Assembly (NCBI RefSeq): GCF_001194135.2 | Contig: NC_068996.1 | Location: 36,477,123-36,541,122, forward strand | DNA length: 64,000 nt | Direction: 5' to 3' | DNA from: Octopus bimaculoides | Taxonomy: Eukaryota | In this document: one piece after another, positions 1 through 11,666 of the stretch | Position numbering within the stretch: the stretch's first letter is position 1 | How the letters are laid out: each line of letters starts with the position of its first letter | The notes under the pieces: generated by a model | What the model saw: only the letters and a program-made list of their open reading frames with translations | What the model was told of the DNA's origin: nothing | Databases searched by the model: none | Made by a program: the position numbers and the translations under genes

Positions 1-45
<45 letters not shown>

Positions 46-379
46 TATATTTTAGAACAAACAGTAAGTTGTCATTATAATACTCAGAGTTTCGAATGTT
101 GGAACAAAGAGCTACGATGCATTCTGAGTTCAAATCCTACGGTAAGAATTTATCCTTTCATCATTAAAATAATTCCCTATCAAATCAACTGAACCGCACA
201 ACTAAACAGTCTCAGAAAAATACCTTCCCACCCTCCAAAAAAAAAACCCCCAAGGCATTGATGGATAAACCTAATTACTGAAAGCTCAAGCGATTGGCTC
301 TATTAATCTGCATTATTACAGACAGTAATTATAATATATGTTTATATATAGGGAGAGTATTGTCCTGATTGTCAATCTA

Positions 380-530
380 CATTTGTTTTTCCTTGCCTAC
401 ATGGGTTGGAGGAGTCTTCTTCAGTTGAACATCTTACAATGTCTTGCTATCTCCTTTGTGAGGTTCAGCCTCCTGAAATCAGCCTTTGCTGTTTCTTTCC
501 ATAATGTCATCAGTTTTCCTCTTCTACTGG
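380..530 (-). mobile_element. Decayed RTE-type LINE 3' end fragment
   Basis: Minus strand reads GKLMTLWKETAKADFRRLNLTKEIARHCKM, resembling the RTE ORF C-terminal W...(K/R)xD...L pattern. It is followed by ctccaacccatgtaggcaaggaaaa, which resembles the tail of SINE family D in this window. Confidence 0.55.
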
Positions 531-1029
531 GATAGATTTAATATTCTCGCAATACATCCTAGATGTGAAAGGAACTATAGTAGAAGACTAAGATACACAC
601 ACATTTAAATTTGGCTTTGTTATGAATAATAAAATGGATTATCTGTAAGCCCTTATTTATAGGGGTATGACCTTAATTGAAACTTTTATCTACAGTAATT
701 TCTCAAACGATTTGTTGTAAAATATATTTTCCTTGTTGTTTGTTGCACTACACGTCTGTTTCATATACATGTATTGCAAGATATATATATATATATATAT
801 ATATANNNNNNNNNNNNNNNNNNNNNNNNNNNNNNNNNNNNNNNNNNNNNNNNNNNNNNNNNNNNNNNNNNNNNNNNNNNNNNNNNNNTATATATGTTCA
901 GGGTGAATAGAAATTCTTTATTTGTGTATCAAGGCTATCATTGGTTTCATGTTAAGAAAAATAGGAAAATATCTTAATATCTTAACAATTTTTCAAGCTG
1001 ATCACATGGAGGAAAGGTGTTCGTCTCCA

Positions 1030-1063
1030 TTTTGGATAAACACAAAGACCCATGGAATTTGTG

Positions 1064-1107
<44 letters not shown>

Positions 1108-1153
1108 TTAGATAGATATTAGATAGATGTTAGATAGATATTAAACAGATATG

Positions 1154-1184
<31 letters not shown>

Positions 1185-1360
1185 GACACACACATAAAAT
1201 ATACTATTAGTTTCATCTTTACAACGCCTCTATTATATGATATATACACACTGTACTATTATTTACATCTGTATTATATGATATGATATATATACATACT
1301 GTACTATTAGTTACATCTGTATTATATGATATATACACACATCTTTACAACATCTGTATT
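1030..1360. repeat. (GATA)n and (TA)n microsatellites plus about 3 copies of a ~45-bp tandem unit
   Basis: gatagatagata run at ~1065-1140. The unit tatatacacactgtactattagttacatctgtattatatga recurs between ~1200 and 1355. Confidence 0.85.
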
Positions 1361-3582
1361 ATAAGTAACATCTTTTCTGTTGCTGTGCGTTATCAGTTTG
1401 CGGTAACTTAAGCCATCATTCTTTACAAGTTGTTTGATAATCAAAGCTTAGAAGAACACACTTCCTTTCTGGCATTCTACCATCTGAGATACTGAGCATA
1501 GCTTCAATTGAGATTCCTGTTTCTTTGGGTCACATTAATCTTAAGTCATTCAGTTCCAACCTTATTATTCTTGAAATCTATATTATTTTTGCTCTTCTTT
1601 TCTTATTATTGTGGTATATTTGGCCAAACTTGATGCCTTTAATGCTTTTGTAAGGCATTGATTCCTCAACACTTTTATTGATTTCATTTCATTATCTTTA
1701 TTGAGTTTTGTTAAATCTGTCCAAATGTACCTTGTCATGTTACTGTGTAACTCACAAGGCCTACTTTCTTGTTGATCTCTCACTTGTCAAAGGAACTATT
1801 AGTATGTCTTGCTAAGATATAACTTGTCTTGGAATTATTCCCAAACAAAGCAATGGCTTGGATTGAGATGAGATTGAAATGTCTGAAAAATAAAATAATG
1901 GTGATTAACAAACTTTGGTGATTATGAGATTTTGTTAATTTAATAAAAATACATTATTAACAATGAGTAAAGCACCTTTCTGATTTATAACCTATAATTG
2001 CTGATTGCTTGTTCTGCTTCTTGACAGGTTTGGTTGTAATTGGTTGGTAATTAGTGCCGCAACTCTGAAACTGTAGAACTTTTGGAAAAGTTTCCTTTAA
2101 AACTAGTGTTTTTCTTGTTAGTTCTTCATCATTGATTTTAATTAACCATTAAAATAAAAGTTGAGTAATTAATTCATTTATTCATTCATCCCCATTTAAC
2201 ATCTGAATTCCATACTGGCATGGGTTGGATAGTTTGACAAGATCCATTGTGTCCAAAGACTTCTTCATACTCCAATGTCTGTATTAACATGGTTTCTATG
2301 GCTGGATGCCCTTCCACTTTCATTGTGTGGACTGAGTGCTTTTATCCCATGTCACCTGTACTATTGAAGTTGCCATGCTGCTCACAGAACTACAAGCTCT
2401 GGTGTTGGTAAAGGTGGTCAGTTTCATACCAGTGACCAAAAAATCGAACAAGTAGTTATAATTTTTAGGCAGAAAAACTGAAAAGAGTACATTGTTGAAT
2501 TATATGCAGTGATGGTGGAAAGGGTTATGTTTGGTTTCTTGTAACATCTGTATTTTTTGTGTTCAACAAGTTACAATCCACCTGCACAAAATTCTTCAGT
2601 ATTATCAAAATATTCTTGTTAAAGGTAAATGCCATAAAAGTTTCTTCTAGTCAGAATTTTTTGCCTCAAGACAATTGACATCTCTTACTCACAAAGGAGA
2701 TTCCTGTTTACATCTTATGAACTTCATTTACTTTGAACAAGAATCTGTCACAAATAAATCCATAGGTTGAATCTTTGATGATGGAATGGTGCCAATGATT
2801 TTAAGAAAAATACTTTAAATATCTTGAAGAGACAATTTTAGATCCAAACAATTTCATTTAATCATGGAAGATTTTATATGATTCTGTATGTACATCTGTG
2901 TGTGTGTGTGTGTGTGTGTGTGATATCATTGATTTCGAATTTTGACACAAGGCCACCAAGTTCCAGGGAGGGAGTAAATTGATTACATCAACCCCAGTGC
3001 ACAACTGCACAAAGTACGCAAAGGAATGGAATGCGAAGTTGACCTCAGCAGCATTTGAACTCTGAACGTAAAGGTGTGTCTTTAAATTATTGCAAATAAG
3101 AAAAATTTGGTCAGACCTAAGTTGTATGGGGGCCACACCAAATGACTTTTAAATGAAATGGGAATATTGCTCCGGAAGAAGTAAAAACACAAGAATAAAT
3201 TGATCACTACCAATACTGTTTCATATTGATTTCTTATTGCAGCGCAAGACCACTGATTTATAAAATGGTTGGAACACAATAGATCGCTTGTATATATTTG
3301 CACAGGGAAAATAAAGAGCAAAGTTGACTTGGTCAGAATGCACACATGCACATTCACACATATACATGTACACGCACACACATGTGTACACCTAGACACA
3401 CATCATGGCTACACATTTGCAATGTTTAAATCATTGCATCCATAGCCACAATTCTTGTTGCTTGTCTCTAAAAATACAAATATCTCATTGTTTGTTCAGC
3501 CTCTTGATAACAAACCCTTTTTCTACTGCTAACCATTTTGAACTTTCCTCTAGTTCCATGATACAAAAAACCCCTTGGTGCG

Positions 3583-3915
3583 GGAATCAAACTCACTACC
3601 ACAGTCATGAGGTAGAGTGAGTTTGATTCCTGGACCAGGCTGTGTGTTGTGTTCTTGAGCAAGACACTTTATTTCACGTTGCTCCAGCTCACTCAGCTGT
3701 AGAAATGAGTTGCAATATCACTGGTGCCAAGCTGTATCAGCCTTTGCCTTTCCCTTGGATAACATCAGTGGTGTGGAAAGAGGGAGGCTGGTATGCATGG
3801 GCGACTGCTGGTCTTCCATAAACAATCTTACCCGGACTTGTGCCTTGGAGGGGAACTTTCTAGGTTCAATCCCATGGTCAGTCATCACCAAAGGGGATAA
3901 TTTTTTTTTTTACCT
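3583..3915 (+). mobile_element. tRNA-head SINE, family C (OR-like), with fold-back 5' end
   Basis: From ~3630 on it is colinear with the 36497-36832 copy (gtgttgtgttcttgagcaagacactttatttcac...ctaggttcaatcccatggtca). Confidence 0.85.
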
Positions 3916-5159
3916 CACTTAAAGCCTTCCATTCCTATAGAGGAATCTTTTATCAAAAAAGAATTTCTTCCAAACACCTGGAAGATATTTTCTGATTTTT
4001 TTCAAATTCTTTATTATGTTCAAAATTCCCTAAAACACATACATAAACCATACGATTATTTACTTAGAAATACAGCAAAAAAATGGTTAACCTGTCTTCA
4101 GGTAATAATTCTATATTTAGATTATTCTAATAAAATCATTTTGGTTCTAAAAACTTTATTTTGTTTTTTTTTTGTATATGTTTATTAGATGTTTTTGCTT
4201 TCTTTAACTCTATTTCCATCTACCTCCATCAAACTATTCTATTTCAGTTCCTTCTTCAATTATAACCCAAATATCTCTTAAATTTAATGCTGGCTTCCCT
4301 GCTGATAACACCATTCTCTCTCTCTCTCTCTCCCTCTCTCTCCCTCTCTCCCTCTCCCTCTCCCTCTCTCTCTTCTGTCTTTATACATCTCTAAGATTTA
4401 TTTCTTGGTATATATATATATATATAACTGTTTTTGTGTGTGTGTTTATATATATATATATGTGTGTATGTATGTATATTAGAAATACTATTAGAAGCAA
4501 GCACTTTTTATTCACATCTCTTACACTAAGCCCTGAGACTTTGTATCATAACATTTGTATCATATAATCATCATCACCACCATCATCATCATCATCATCA
4601 TCGGCTACACAATCACTGTCATCACCACCATCATAGTCTTTACAAAATAATTTCAGACCATCAATAGAAAATTTCTTTTTACAAATTCTTGTTTGGATGG
4701 CATCTTCTGGTCCAAGACAATTTGCACAAAAAATCTCTTACCAAAATTTCTTTCTTTCTTTCTTTCTTTCTGACTATCCTTCATCGCTTCCCCAGATTAC
4801 TTCCCTTATTAAACTCACCTCTTTTATATAATCACTTAAAACTCTGCATTCCATATCTTCCTTGTTCTTAATTTGCCAATTATTTAACATCTTACATCCT
4901 GTTTACCTGTTCCTTTGCTTACCATCACATGTGATATATCGCCCTGACCTACCTCTACACTACTCCACCCTACCCAACTACCTACTATCATATAAAAATA
5001 TATCACCATCAACTGCTTGTATTCTACGAGCCAATGAAGCAGCTTTTATGTTGTACCACTCAACCTGTTAGAAACAGCAACCAAATCTTCCTCAAATCAC
5101 CAGGTGTCTATCCAGAGTTGGTTATAGGCCCAGGTTAGATGTGAAATATAATCCTATAC

Positions 5160-6120
5160 CGTTTACCTGTTTCAGTCATTCGACTGCGACCATGCTGGAG
5201 CACACATTCTTGAAAGGTTTAATCAAACGAATTGAAACCCAGTTCTTTTTTTTGCTTTTTTTTTTTAAACTTGGTATTTATTTTATTGATATCTTCTGTC
5301 AAACCACTAAGTTATGAGGCTGTAAACAAGTCAACACCAGTTGTCAAGCGATAGTAGTGGACAAACATAAACAGATGCATGCAAATATATAAAATGAGCT
5401 TCTTGCAGTTTCTGCTTACCAAATTCCATTCACAAAGCTTTGGTCATCCTGAGTCTCTAGCAGGGGTCGGCAAACCAGGATAAATTACTCCAAGTGGGGT
5501 AAAAATGAAATTCTTGTGGGTAATGAGGATTCATTAGTCATCAGTAAAATTATATAAAAAAAAGAACCCATTTTTCTCCTGGCATGAGGAGGCAGTCAAA
5601 AAGTTGCTGTCTGTTGCAACAACCTACATGTGAACAAGAATTTTCCACTCTAATAAACATAAAAACAAAGCAGAGTAATTGACTGGACCCCCAAAGACTG
5701 TATCCAAATTGCTCTGGCATCAAAATGCCCCAGTTTTGATTTAGTTGTAACAAAAATGAAACATAATTTCTCCAAAACCTGAAGTGAAAAGTTTCTGGAA
5801 AAATCCTTTTGTTTCATAATGAGGATATTAATTAATTTTATCACATTTGTTTTATACTTTTTATATTTATAATTGCATTCTCCATATAAATAGATTCAAT
5901 AAACCTTTTGAATTCAAAGAATCCATGATTTTCTTCCTTTCAAATCCAGGGGATAATGTCAGCGTAAATAAATATATTTTGGGGTAATTGGTTAAAAAAG
6001 CTCCCTGATACTGGTCTGTAGTAAAACACTTATTTGTGCAAGGTGCCACACAGTGGGACTTAACCCAGAATTATGTAGTTGAGAAACAAACTTCTTAGCA
6101 CATAGTCACAACTTTGCCTG
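5160..6120 (-). mobile_element. SINE family B (tail cagtcaaatgactgaaacaagtaaaagag), split by a hAT insertion
   Basis: Antisense family B runs tttcagtcattcgactg...ggtcatcctgagtctctag to 5460, then resumes at 6014 (gtctgtagtaaaacact...aaggtgccacacagtgggac). Confidence 0.8.
5461..6013 (+). mobile_element. hAT (Charlie/Buster-type) transposon deletion derivative with transposase C-terminal remnant
   Basis: Left TIR CAGGGGTCGGCAAAC. 8-bp TSD gtctctag (5453-5460) / gtctgtag (6014-6021). The internal translation, with one frameshift and one stop, is AVKKLLSVATTY/CEQEFSTLINIKTKQSN*LDP, matching the hAT dimerisation motif LLxFxTTYLCExxFSxLxxIKTKxRNRL. The right TIR is degraded. Confidence 0.85.
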
Positions 6121-6390
6121 TATGTAGGCCCTCGTTTCAAACTCATCATTAATTATTTTTCGAGTAATTAGTGCCAATTCTTTTCCCTGTACACGGTCAA
6201 TTCATTATGACAGGAATATTGTCATGTAAACACGACAGGAATATTAAGTACAAACACCCCAACATGGATTCTTGATATTCAATATTCAAATAGTATTGTT
6301 GGGGTGTGCAGACTACACTGAACTAGCAAGGTGCTTCAATTTAAGTACTTAATTCAACTGAATCTTAATTATATTTTACGCACACACACG

Positions 6391-6422
<32 letters not shown>

Positions 6423-6724
6423 CACACACACAGTTACTCTTCCATTAAGGTAGAATCAACAAGAAATGTACTCCATCCAGTGAGAGATAAATACCATTTT
6501 AATGTACACTGAGTTTCTCAAATAGGACTTTCAGGTTTTCAAATAGAACAAACCCTGTGCCTACAATCTAAAGATTGCTTGGAAACACAAGGCACATTAT
6601 AAAAACCTCCTTAACCACGTGTCTTCATGGCAAGAAACTATGATACATATGTATGTGTGTGTGTGTGTGTNNNNNNNNNNNNNNNNNNNNNNNNNNNNNN
6701 NNNNNNNAGTTTACAGGTGTATGA

Positions 6725-6864
6725 GTGTGTGTGTGTGTGTGTCTTTTGCTTGTTTCATTCATTAGACTGCGACCATGCTGGGGCACTGTCTCGAAGAGTT
6801 TGGTCAAGCAAATTGTTCCCGGGGACGTAAACAAACCAACACTTGTTGTCAAGTAGTGGTGCAG

Positions 6865-6912
<48 letters not shown>

Positions 6913-7030
6913 CATATACACAATAGGCTTCTTTCAGTTTCTCTCTACCAAGTCGACTGACAAGGCTTTGGTTGGCCTGGAGCTACAGTGGAAGACACTT
7001 GACCAAGGTGCCATTTGAGGGGACAGAACT
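6725..7030 (-). mobile_element. SINE family B
   Basis: cttgtttcattcattagactgcgaccatgctgg...(ca)n...ggcttctttcagtttctctctaccaag...gaagacacttgaccaaggtgcc. Confidence 0.85.
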
Positions 7031-7369
7031 CAGAACTGCGTGTGTGTGCATGCATGCATACATGTGTGTGTGCATGTGTGTGTGTGGTTAAAATGTTCAT
7101 TTTGCAACAATGTTTTTTGTCTGAGCAAAGCCTTATGAGTGAATTTGACAGATGGAAATTGGAAGAAGCTTAATATTTGTGTGTATGTATGTATGTTTAC
7201 ATTTACACTCTACAAAAGTTATTTTCTACAAGCAGTGGCACTGCATTCACTTCCTATTTTAACAAAGACAGGTAAAATAAGGGGACCCTCTAAAATAAGA
7301 AGACCCTCTAAAATAAGAGGTCCCCAATCAAAGACAGGTAAAATAAGAGGTCCCTCTAAAAGCACATCT

Positions 7370-8050
7370 CTAAAATTGTCAAGAAGGTTGAGGATGTCTT
7401 GGCATCATTCAGCAAGACCTTTGTCAGCCACTCTCCAGCTGTCTATTTAAGGTTGTATATGGCTATGGTGCAGCCACACTTGGAATTTGCATCACCAGTC
7501 TGGAACCCCATCTTGCTCAGAACATTGACCTCCTGGAAACTGTTCAGAGATGTGCAATCAAGCAAATACCCTCCATCGGGTATCTACCATACTCTGAACA
7601 CCTTGCTTCCCTGGGCACTGATACATTGAAGCTCTCTGACGTCTGGTAACTGACTTGGTAAACACCCACAAAATAATTATTCATTGTGCCAACAACCACT
7701 TTGAGTATCTTTTTGAGCTCCATGTGGGCATGTCAGAAAACAGCACAGCTCCCATGACTTTCGGAAACATTTTTTCACACTCAGAGTTACTGAAGCATGA
7801 AACAAACTACCTGCATCAGTTGTTAGTTGCCAAGACATTGCATCCTTTAGAACCTTCATGCTTCCTGAAATTCACCAACACTACACCTGATATCCCCCCC
7901 TCCATACGCATGCACACATGTAGACCATGACTCATACACTGTTCAATTTCCTGACTTTTGTACATAATTCTATGTACTATACATGCACCTTTAATGACTT
8001 GTAGTGCACCTGAGCATTATACACAATAATTTCATTATTATTATTATTAT
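7370..8050 (+). mobile_element. 5'-truncated CR1/L2-type LINE, ORF2 C-terminus and 3' UTR with (ATT)n tail
   Basis: RLYMAMVQPHLEFASPVWNP at ~7451-7510 matches the LYxxLVRPHLEYAxxVWxP motif. HDFRKHFFTLRVTEA*NKLPASVV at ~7753-7825 matches the RxxFFxxRVxxxWNxLP motif. It is frameshifted and ends in ttcattattattattat. Confidence 0.9.
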
Positions 8051-8333
8051 AAACCAAGGTAAAGGCTTAACAGAGTAAAGGACGTTCAGCTGTAAAAAGA
8101 AAGCCTCAACATTGTATCTTTTTAACCCATGCTAGTATGAATAAATAGACATAAAGGGAATAAATGATTATGCATGTATGCTGCATAATATATTCTCATG
8201 TAACAAAACTGTATAAAAGAATTAGAACAATTGTAAAAACGGTATAATTTCCCTTTGCTTTTAACTGACCTGAGATGGTTCCTTCAAGATCATAAACCCA
8301 TACGCAATGACCTGTCTTGAACTCACTTTACAT

Positions 8334-8481
8334 CAGTGGTTCCCAACCTTTTCCCTATCAAGGACCCCCTTTTATCTAAATGAGTCTTTCCACAGACCCC
8401 AGGATATTGTAAAGTCTGTCAGCTTAACATGTTCACGGTCCCCCAGTATTACCTTTGTAGACCACAGGTAGGGAACCATTG
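8334..8481. mobile_element. 148-bp hAT MITE
   Basis: TIRs CAGTGGTTCCCAACC and GGTAGGGAACCATTG. Perfect 8-bp TSD ctttacat (8326-8333 and 8482-8489). Confidence 0.92.
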
Positions 8482-8689
8482 CTTTACATAGTCCTGCAAA
8501 ATCAAACCCTGTTGCCTTAAATAAAGGAAATGTGCATTAGATAATGTAGACCCTAGAGACATTATCTCTTGAGATGTGATGGTCATGGCTGGAAGATCTT
8601 TGATTTGCTTGTTGAAAGCTGCCCTGAGGTAATGCAACAACTACTGCTTCTAATTATCATTTATTACTAGCACAAAACATACCACTGCA

Positions 8690-8960
8690 TTCCTGCTTCT
8701 GTGTCCATACCACTGCATTCCTGCTTCTACATTCACAACACTGCTTTCCTGCTTCTGTGTCCACACCACTGCTTTCCTGCTGCTGTGTTCACACCACTGC
8801 AGTCCTGCATCTGTGTCCATATCACTACATTCCTTCTTCCGTGTCCATACCACTGCTTTCCTGCTTCTCTGTTCAACCATACCACTGTTTTCCTGCTGCT
8901 ACATTCATCCATATCATCACATTCTTCCTTCTGTATTCATACCACATTCCTCACTTTCTA
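8690..8960. repeat. ~20-21-bp minisatellite, about 12 degenerate copies
   Basis: The unit ccataccactgc(a/t)ttcctgcttctgtgt recurs throughout. Confidence 0.9.
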
Positions 8961-9435
8961 ATGTAATCAAACTTAATTAGTGTAATTTCCAATTAGTTCA
9001 TTATTCACATTCAATTAATCTCAAACTTTGTTACTGTACTCTCTGTCTGAAATTATACTTCTTAAAAGAAAACCCAAAATATTGCCACTGTTGAGCAAAA
9101 TCTGGAAATGAGAGCATTTGGTGATGGTCTGCAGCAGCAGGAATCGGCCAATAGTAGAATTGTAGAAAAGTTCTATAAATTTGAAGTTAGTTGGAGTGCA
9201 AGGTTTCAATGTTTAGAATTTCTGTCTTTTACTGGTTTGGCAGTAAACTGTTGGCTGTACAATGACGGATACCTCTAGTACAAGTACGAGTAACTTTTTT
9301 CAAGAAGTGGGCCACGTAGAACATAGCTCATGATTAGATGGGCCACACTGTTAAAAAATACTCAAGGCAATTTTCCATTAGGCATGCTATTCAGAAAGTC
9401 CCACAGGCTGCAGTTTTCCCATGGCTGCTGTAGAT

Positions 9436-10212
9436 CAATGGTTTTCAACTAAGGTCCATATGGCCCCAGAAGGTCCATATAAGATTTTTTGGGATCCACA
9501 TAAGCAAAATAGTAAGTTGGGGGATCCACAATAGTATTTTAAGGGCCCCTGAAAAAATTTTGCTTTAGATGTATGTTTTGGAGTATGTTTTGCAAGAAAC
9601 AGCTAGGTTTTTTTACATGCTTCAACCTACACAAGTTAATGTGTTAAACACAAAATAGGAATTTTGGAAGAAGTTTCTATGAAACTAGTTTTTTAATCAT
9701 CAAATAATTATTGGGGTCCACCAGAATAAAATAATAATCAAAGGGATCCATAGATTAAAAAAATGGTTCAGAACCTCTGCTTCAGATGTATGTATTGCAA
9801 GAAACATCTAGGTTTCTTTCTCTGACATTTTACTTAGTTCAATCTACACAACTTAATGTATGAAAAAACAAAATAGGAATTACGAAAGAAGTTTCTATGA
9901 AACTAGTTTTTTAAACATTGAATGGCTATGGAGGTGGACCAGAATAAAATTCTAATCAAAAGAGGTCCACAAATAAAAAAAATGGCTGAGGACCCCTACT
10001 TTAGGTGTATGTATTACAAGAAACAGCTGGGTTTCTTTCTCTAACATTTTACATAGTTCAACCTACACAACTTAATGTGTGAATAACAAAATGGGAATTT
10101 TGAAAGAAGTTTCTATAAAAGTAGGTCTTAAATATTGAATGGCTATTGGGGTCCAACAGAATAGAATAGTAATCAGAGGGGTCCATAGATAAAAAATGGT
10201 TGAGAACCCTTG
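9436..10212 (+). mobile_element. hAT MITE with its right arm present in three tandem copies
   Basis: Left TIR caatggttttcaact and final right TIR ggttgagaacccttg. TSD ctgtagat/ctctagat. A ~215-bp arm (ctttagatgtatg...caagaaacagct...acctacacaacttaatgt...gaagtttctatgaaactag...aaatggttgagaacc) is repeated at ~9563, ~9780 and ~10000. Confidence 0.88.
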
Positions 10213-10419
10213 CTCTAGATAGACATTCACTCTGCTAGACATGGTAGCAGGATGTTCTCTAAACCTTAAATCAGTGAGAAACTCTTGAGAGAGCTGAATA
10301 GGCAAGTGTTTCAATCCTTAACATCTTATACTTAGGGGTTGCATTACATCCAGGTCCTGACTCTTGGGTGCCCTTTTTCTGACACATTTTAGCTTTCAAA
10401 CCTATACTTAATCACATCT

Positions 10420-10800
10420 TGCTTGCCTCAGTCATTTGACTTTCACCATGCTGGAGCACCACCTTGAAGGATTTTAGTCAAACGGATCTACGCTAGTACT
10501 TTATCCGTTTTTAAAGTCTGGCATTTATTCTATTTGTCTCTTTTGCCATTCCATTAAGCTACGGTGTTGTAAACACACCAACACTGGTTGTAAGCAGTGA
10601 TTTGGAACAAACACTGACACACACATACACAAATATGTATGACAGGCTTTCTGTTTCCACCTACCAAATCTACTTGCAAGGGTTTGGTCAGCCCAAGGCT
10701 ATAGTAGAAGACACTTGCTCAAGGTGCCATGCAGAGGAACTGAACCAAAAACCATTTAGTTTGTAAGCAAACTTCTTATCACACAGCCATACCTGTGCCT
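10420..10800 (-). mobile_element. SINE family B
   Basis: cctcagtcatttgactttcaccatgctggagcacc...gaagacacttgctcaaggtgccatgcag...cacacagccatacctg. Confidence 0.9.
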
Positions 10801-10809
10801 ACCTAGAAA

Positions 10810-10866
<57 letters not shown>

Positions 10867-11072
10867 NNNNNNNNNNNNNNNNNNNNNNNNNNNNNNNNNN
10901 NNNNNNNNNNNNNNNNNNNNNNNNNNNNNNNNNNNNNNNNNNNNNNNNNNNNNNNNNNNNNNNNNNNNNNNNNNNNNNNNNNNNNNNNNNNNNNNNNNNN
11001 NNNNNNNNNNNNNNNNNNNNNNNNNNNNNNNNNNNNNNNNNNNNNNNNNNNNNNNNNNNNNNNNNNNNNNNN

Positions 11073-11128
<56 letters not shown>

Positions 11129-11585
11129 AGAGGATATCGTAGTATTCTGAGATTAATAAACTATGCTGGAAAAGATGTGATAGTCATGAGCAGGATATGT
11201 CTGATTATCAGTTTGTTTTAACCATTGCTGACCTGGGGCCAAACAGCAACAGCAGCAGCACCATTAGAATCTGCCAATGTCTAAAATTGTTATCATGGTT
11301 TTAAAAAAATTAAAATTACACCAATTTTAGGTCCTTGCTCATAATTATCAAACCACGCACACACATACTCACTTGCACATACATTTACACACATACATGT
11401 ACTCACATACACATACACACATACACATGTACACATACACACATACACATGCTCGTACACAATCCTGACTACCTTGTAAAGAGCTTAGTTAAGTTTTGTT
11501 ACATAAACATTTAATAGCTTAGTTGGTACATTTATCTGTTTCTAATCTCCAAACCATAGAGATGCTAGTTGAATCTCTATCTTTC

Positions 11586-11666
<81 letters not shown>

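Noticed and set aside
1778-1873. Minus-strand acceptor followed by HFNLISIQAIALFGNNSKTSYILARHTNSSFDK*
   Set aside because: Could be a terminal exon, but it is short with no linked upstream exon or recognisable homology.
6256-6306. 10-bp stem caccccaaca / tgttggggtg
   Set aside because: Short stem with a ~30-nt poorly paired interior; insufficient for a pre-miRNA or terminator call.
9068-9280. ~70-codon open plus frame (TQNIATVEQNLEMRAFGDGLQQQESANSRIVEKFYKFE...)
   Set aside because: Poor acceptor and no homology recognised; within chance expectation, though worth a BLAST.
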